A stretch of 63,149 nt of DNA, filler included, from Octopus bimaculoides (taxonomy: Eukaryota): assembly GCF_001194135.2 (NCBI RefSeq). It is 5 parts of 5 records of this genome, joined end to end, with 100 filler letters (N's around TTAATTAATTAA, not from the genome) between each part and the next. Parts side by side here need not be neighbours in the genome. Positions count along the whole stretch, not along the records: positions 59,041 to 63,149 come from NC_068997.1; 4 more parts are not named here. One strand, given 5' to 3'. How positions within the stretch are numbered: position 1 is the first letter of the stretch; each line of letters begins with the position of its first letter. Both the position numbers and the translations under genes were made by a program. The notes below the pieces were generated by a model. It searched no databases, had not been told where the DNA came from, and saw nothing but the letters and a program-made list of their open reading frames with translations. This document shows positions 61,126 to 63,149 of the stretch, in pieces.

Positions 61126-63004
61126 AAACTTTCTTATTAGAGCAATGTTGTTGTTTATTCCCTAAGTCAGAAGACCCATGTGGTTGGAAAGCAAGCTTTT
61201 TACTACACAGCCACGACCCCCAAGGGTAATATAGACCCCGGTTTAGGACCACTGGTATAGACAATCCCTCTGACTCATTTTGCTGATGTTATTTAGCGCA
61301 CTCCCAGATGAGCTGTGAACAAATAAACCTATTATCAAGAAGCATCCCTGTCGCTACCATTTCGTTTTAAGTTCAGCATGGTATCTCAGATTGTGTTCTC
61401 AAATGCCTCCCCTTTTTTTTATCCCCAAGACAGCATTGTCTGATTTAAGGGCGATTTGGTTGCTATTTCTAGCAGTTCGAGTGGCCAAGTAGAGGCCTCT
61501 TCTCTCCGTCTCGTTTTTGTTTATTGTTGGTTCAGATTATACACAAGTATCAATGTTCTTAGAATAATAATGTAGTCGCGTTGTATAAATAAATAAAGTA
61601 TATTATTCTATTTGGCTCAGCCAAATAAATTATTGCTTCTACTTCACAGCTGAATGGTTGACGTTAGAAAGGGTATCCAGCTGTAAAAAAAAAAAAAACC
61701 CACGCGCACATATACACACATATATACATAAGAAAAACGCAAAACATATTAGAGCAGAAGAAGAAAAAAAAGCAAACCAAAATAAAACATTCACCTTCAT
61801 GAAGATTCATGCAACCATCCGACTCATGCAAATGTTGAAAAAGAAAATAACTGTAAAACTGTCAAAATAAAACCCCACCAAAACAAACAAACGAAGAAAA
61901 ACACAAGTGTTTTATTACATATTTTGTTACTGGTGAAGTCTGAACAGAAGAAAGGTCAAATTCGCTAGCGACGAGCCCAGCCTACAAATTTATTGCCGCA
62001 TTAAAGTTAAATCATAACTATAAACTAACATCAAACTTACTTCCTCTCTTCCGAGAGGCTGAAGCTTGACTCAATAAGCCACCAGCCAGTAACTTTCTTG
62101 AAAATATTATTTTCATATATTGTTAATCTTTAATTTTGAGCAATAAACTTTACTTTGATATTTATCATTCTACCTTTGAACTTGGAGCAGAGGAAAATAG
62201 AAAAAGGACTACCTTAACTTGGCAGTAAAATGTTAGTTTAGAAAATAGCTTATCTTTGAAGTTAGGCGATGCAAACCAAGTCTGTTTGATGTTTGTTTGA
62301 TCTGTGAGTTTGAGTCATAAACTAGACTTTACTACGTACATAATCTCTGACCTTGAATACAAACATACACATATAGACATAACTGGATCTGTGAACACTG
62401 ATGTCAGAAACATGCAATGTGATATTTTCATTTTAAGTTTCAATGACCAACCAAGGAGAGATATATAAGTTGTCTGCTTGATAAAACATCAGTATCATTT
62501 TTGTTGTTGGTTTTGTTTAATTTTGTTATATCAATCAATGCAAGCAGGGACAAGCCTTTTACTGAGATTTTTACTTCTTCACTGAACGATTGAATAGGAC
62601 GAATAGACTGATAGGAAGATCAAGTTTGTCTCATTTTTTTTTACTCGCATTTTAATAATGCTGTTTATATTGTATAATAGTTGAAAAGTGTTGTGATTGC
62701 TGTTGTTGTTATGGAATATTTCTTGGATTTCTTGTGTACAACAGCAGTAGCATTTTAGATATGGAAGAAATACTGTCCAGTTCTATATAATATATTTCGA
62801 TGATGATGATGATGATGATGATAAAAGTCTCTATAAAAACGAAATGTGCCCCTACCCCTAGTATAATATGGCAGATTTATTTTTAATTTGATTTTATTTT
62901 TTTGGTTTAAATTGTAAACAAAACATCTTTGTTTATGAAATGATATTAGGGGTTCATTCAGAAAATATTTATGACAAACTATACACACACACACACACAC
63001 ACAT

Positions 63005-63140
63005 CACATAGTTCCGGGTTCAGTCCCACTGCGTGGCACCTTGGGCAAGTGCCTTCTACTATAACCTCGGAGGGCCGACCAAAGCCTTGTGAGCGGATTT
63101 GGTAGACGAAAACTGAAAGAGGCCCGTTGTGTATATATAT
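63005..63140 (+). mobile_element. SINE family B, 5' part
   Basis: cacatagttccgggttcagtcccactgcgtggcaccttgggcaagtg..gacgaaaactgaaagaggcccgttg. Confidence 0.9.
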
Positions 63141-63149
63141 ATATATATA

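Overview
This is AT-rich, microsatellite-saturated eukaryotic DNA from a gapped draft assembly. Its tRNA-derived SINEs resemble the OK/OR1/OR2 families of Octopus, so an octopod cephalopod is the most likely source (inference). I see no intact protein-coding gene, rRNA, tRNA or CRISPR array. Nearly all listed ORFs are translations of microsatellites, N-gaps or decayed transposons. The window is a layered transposon graveyard. It holds several R4/Dong-type (restriction-like endonuclease, REL) LINE fragments tied to (TAA)n or (TACA)n tracts, a HERO-like REL relic, CR1- and RTE-clade LINE fragments, a DD41D Tc1/mariner with a SINE inserted in it, a probable piggyBac relic, and many SINE copies (tandem trimers, an inverted pair). 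The most interesting signal is a set of minimal type I hammerhead-ribozyme motifs of the kind carried by Penelope-like element terminal repeats. One copy (44856-44931) has an intact catalytic core and a palindromic stem III, and it lies next to a ~140-bp hairpin. At least six more degenerate copies are scattered through the window. A second theme is apparent microsatellite targeting by Dong-like LINEs and two non-autonomous elements. A few short, phase-compatible plus-strand exon candidates exist but are weakly supported.
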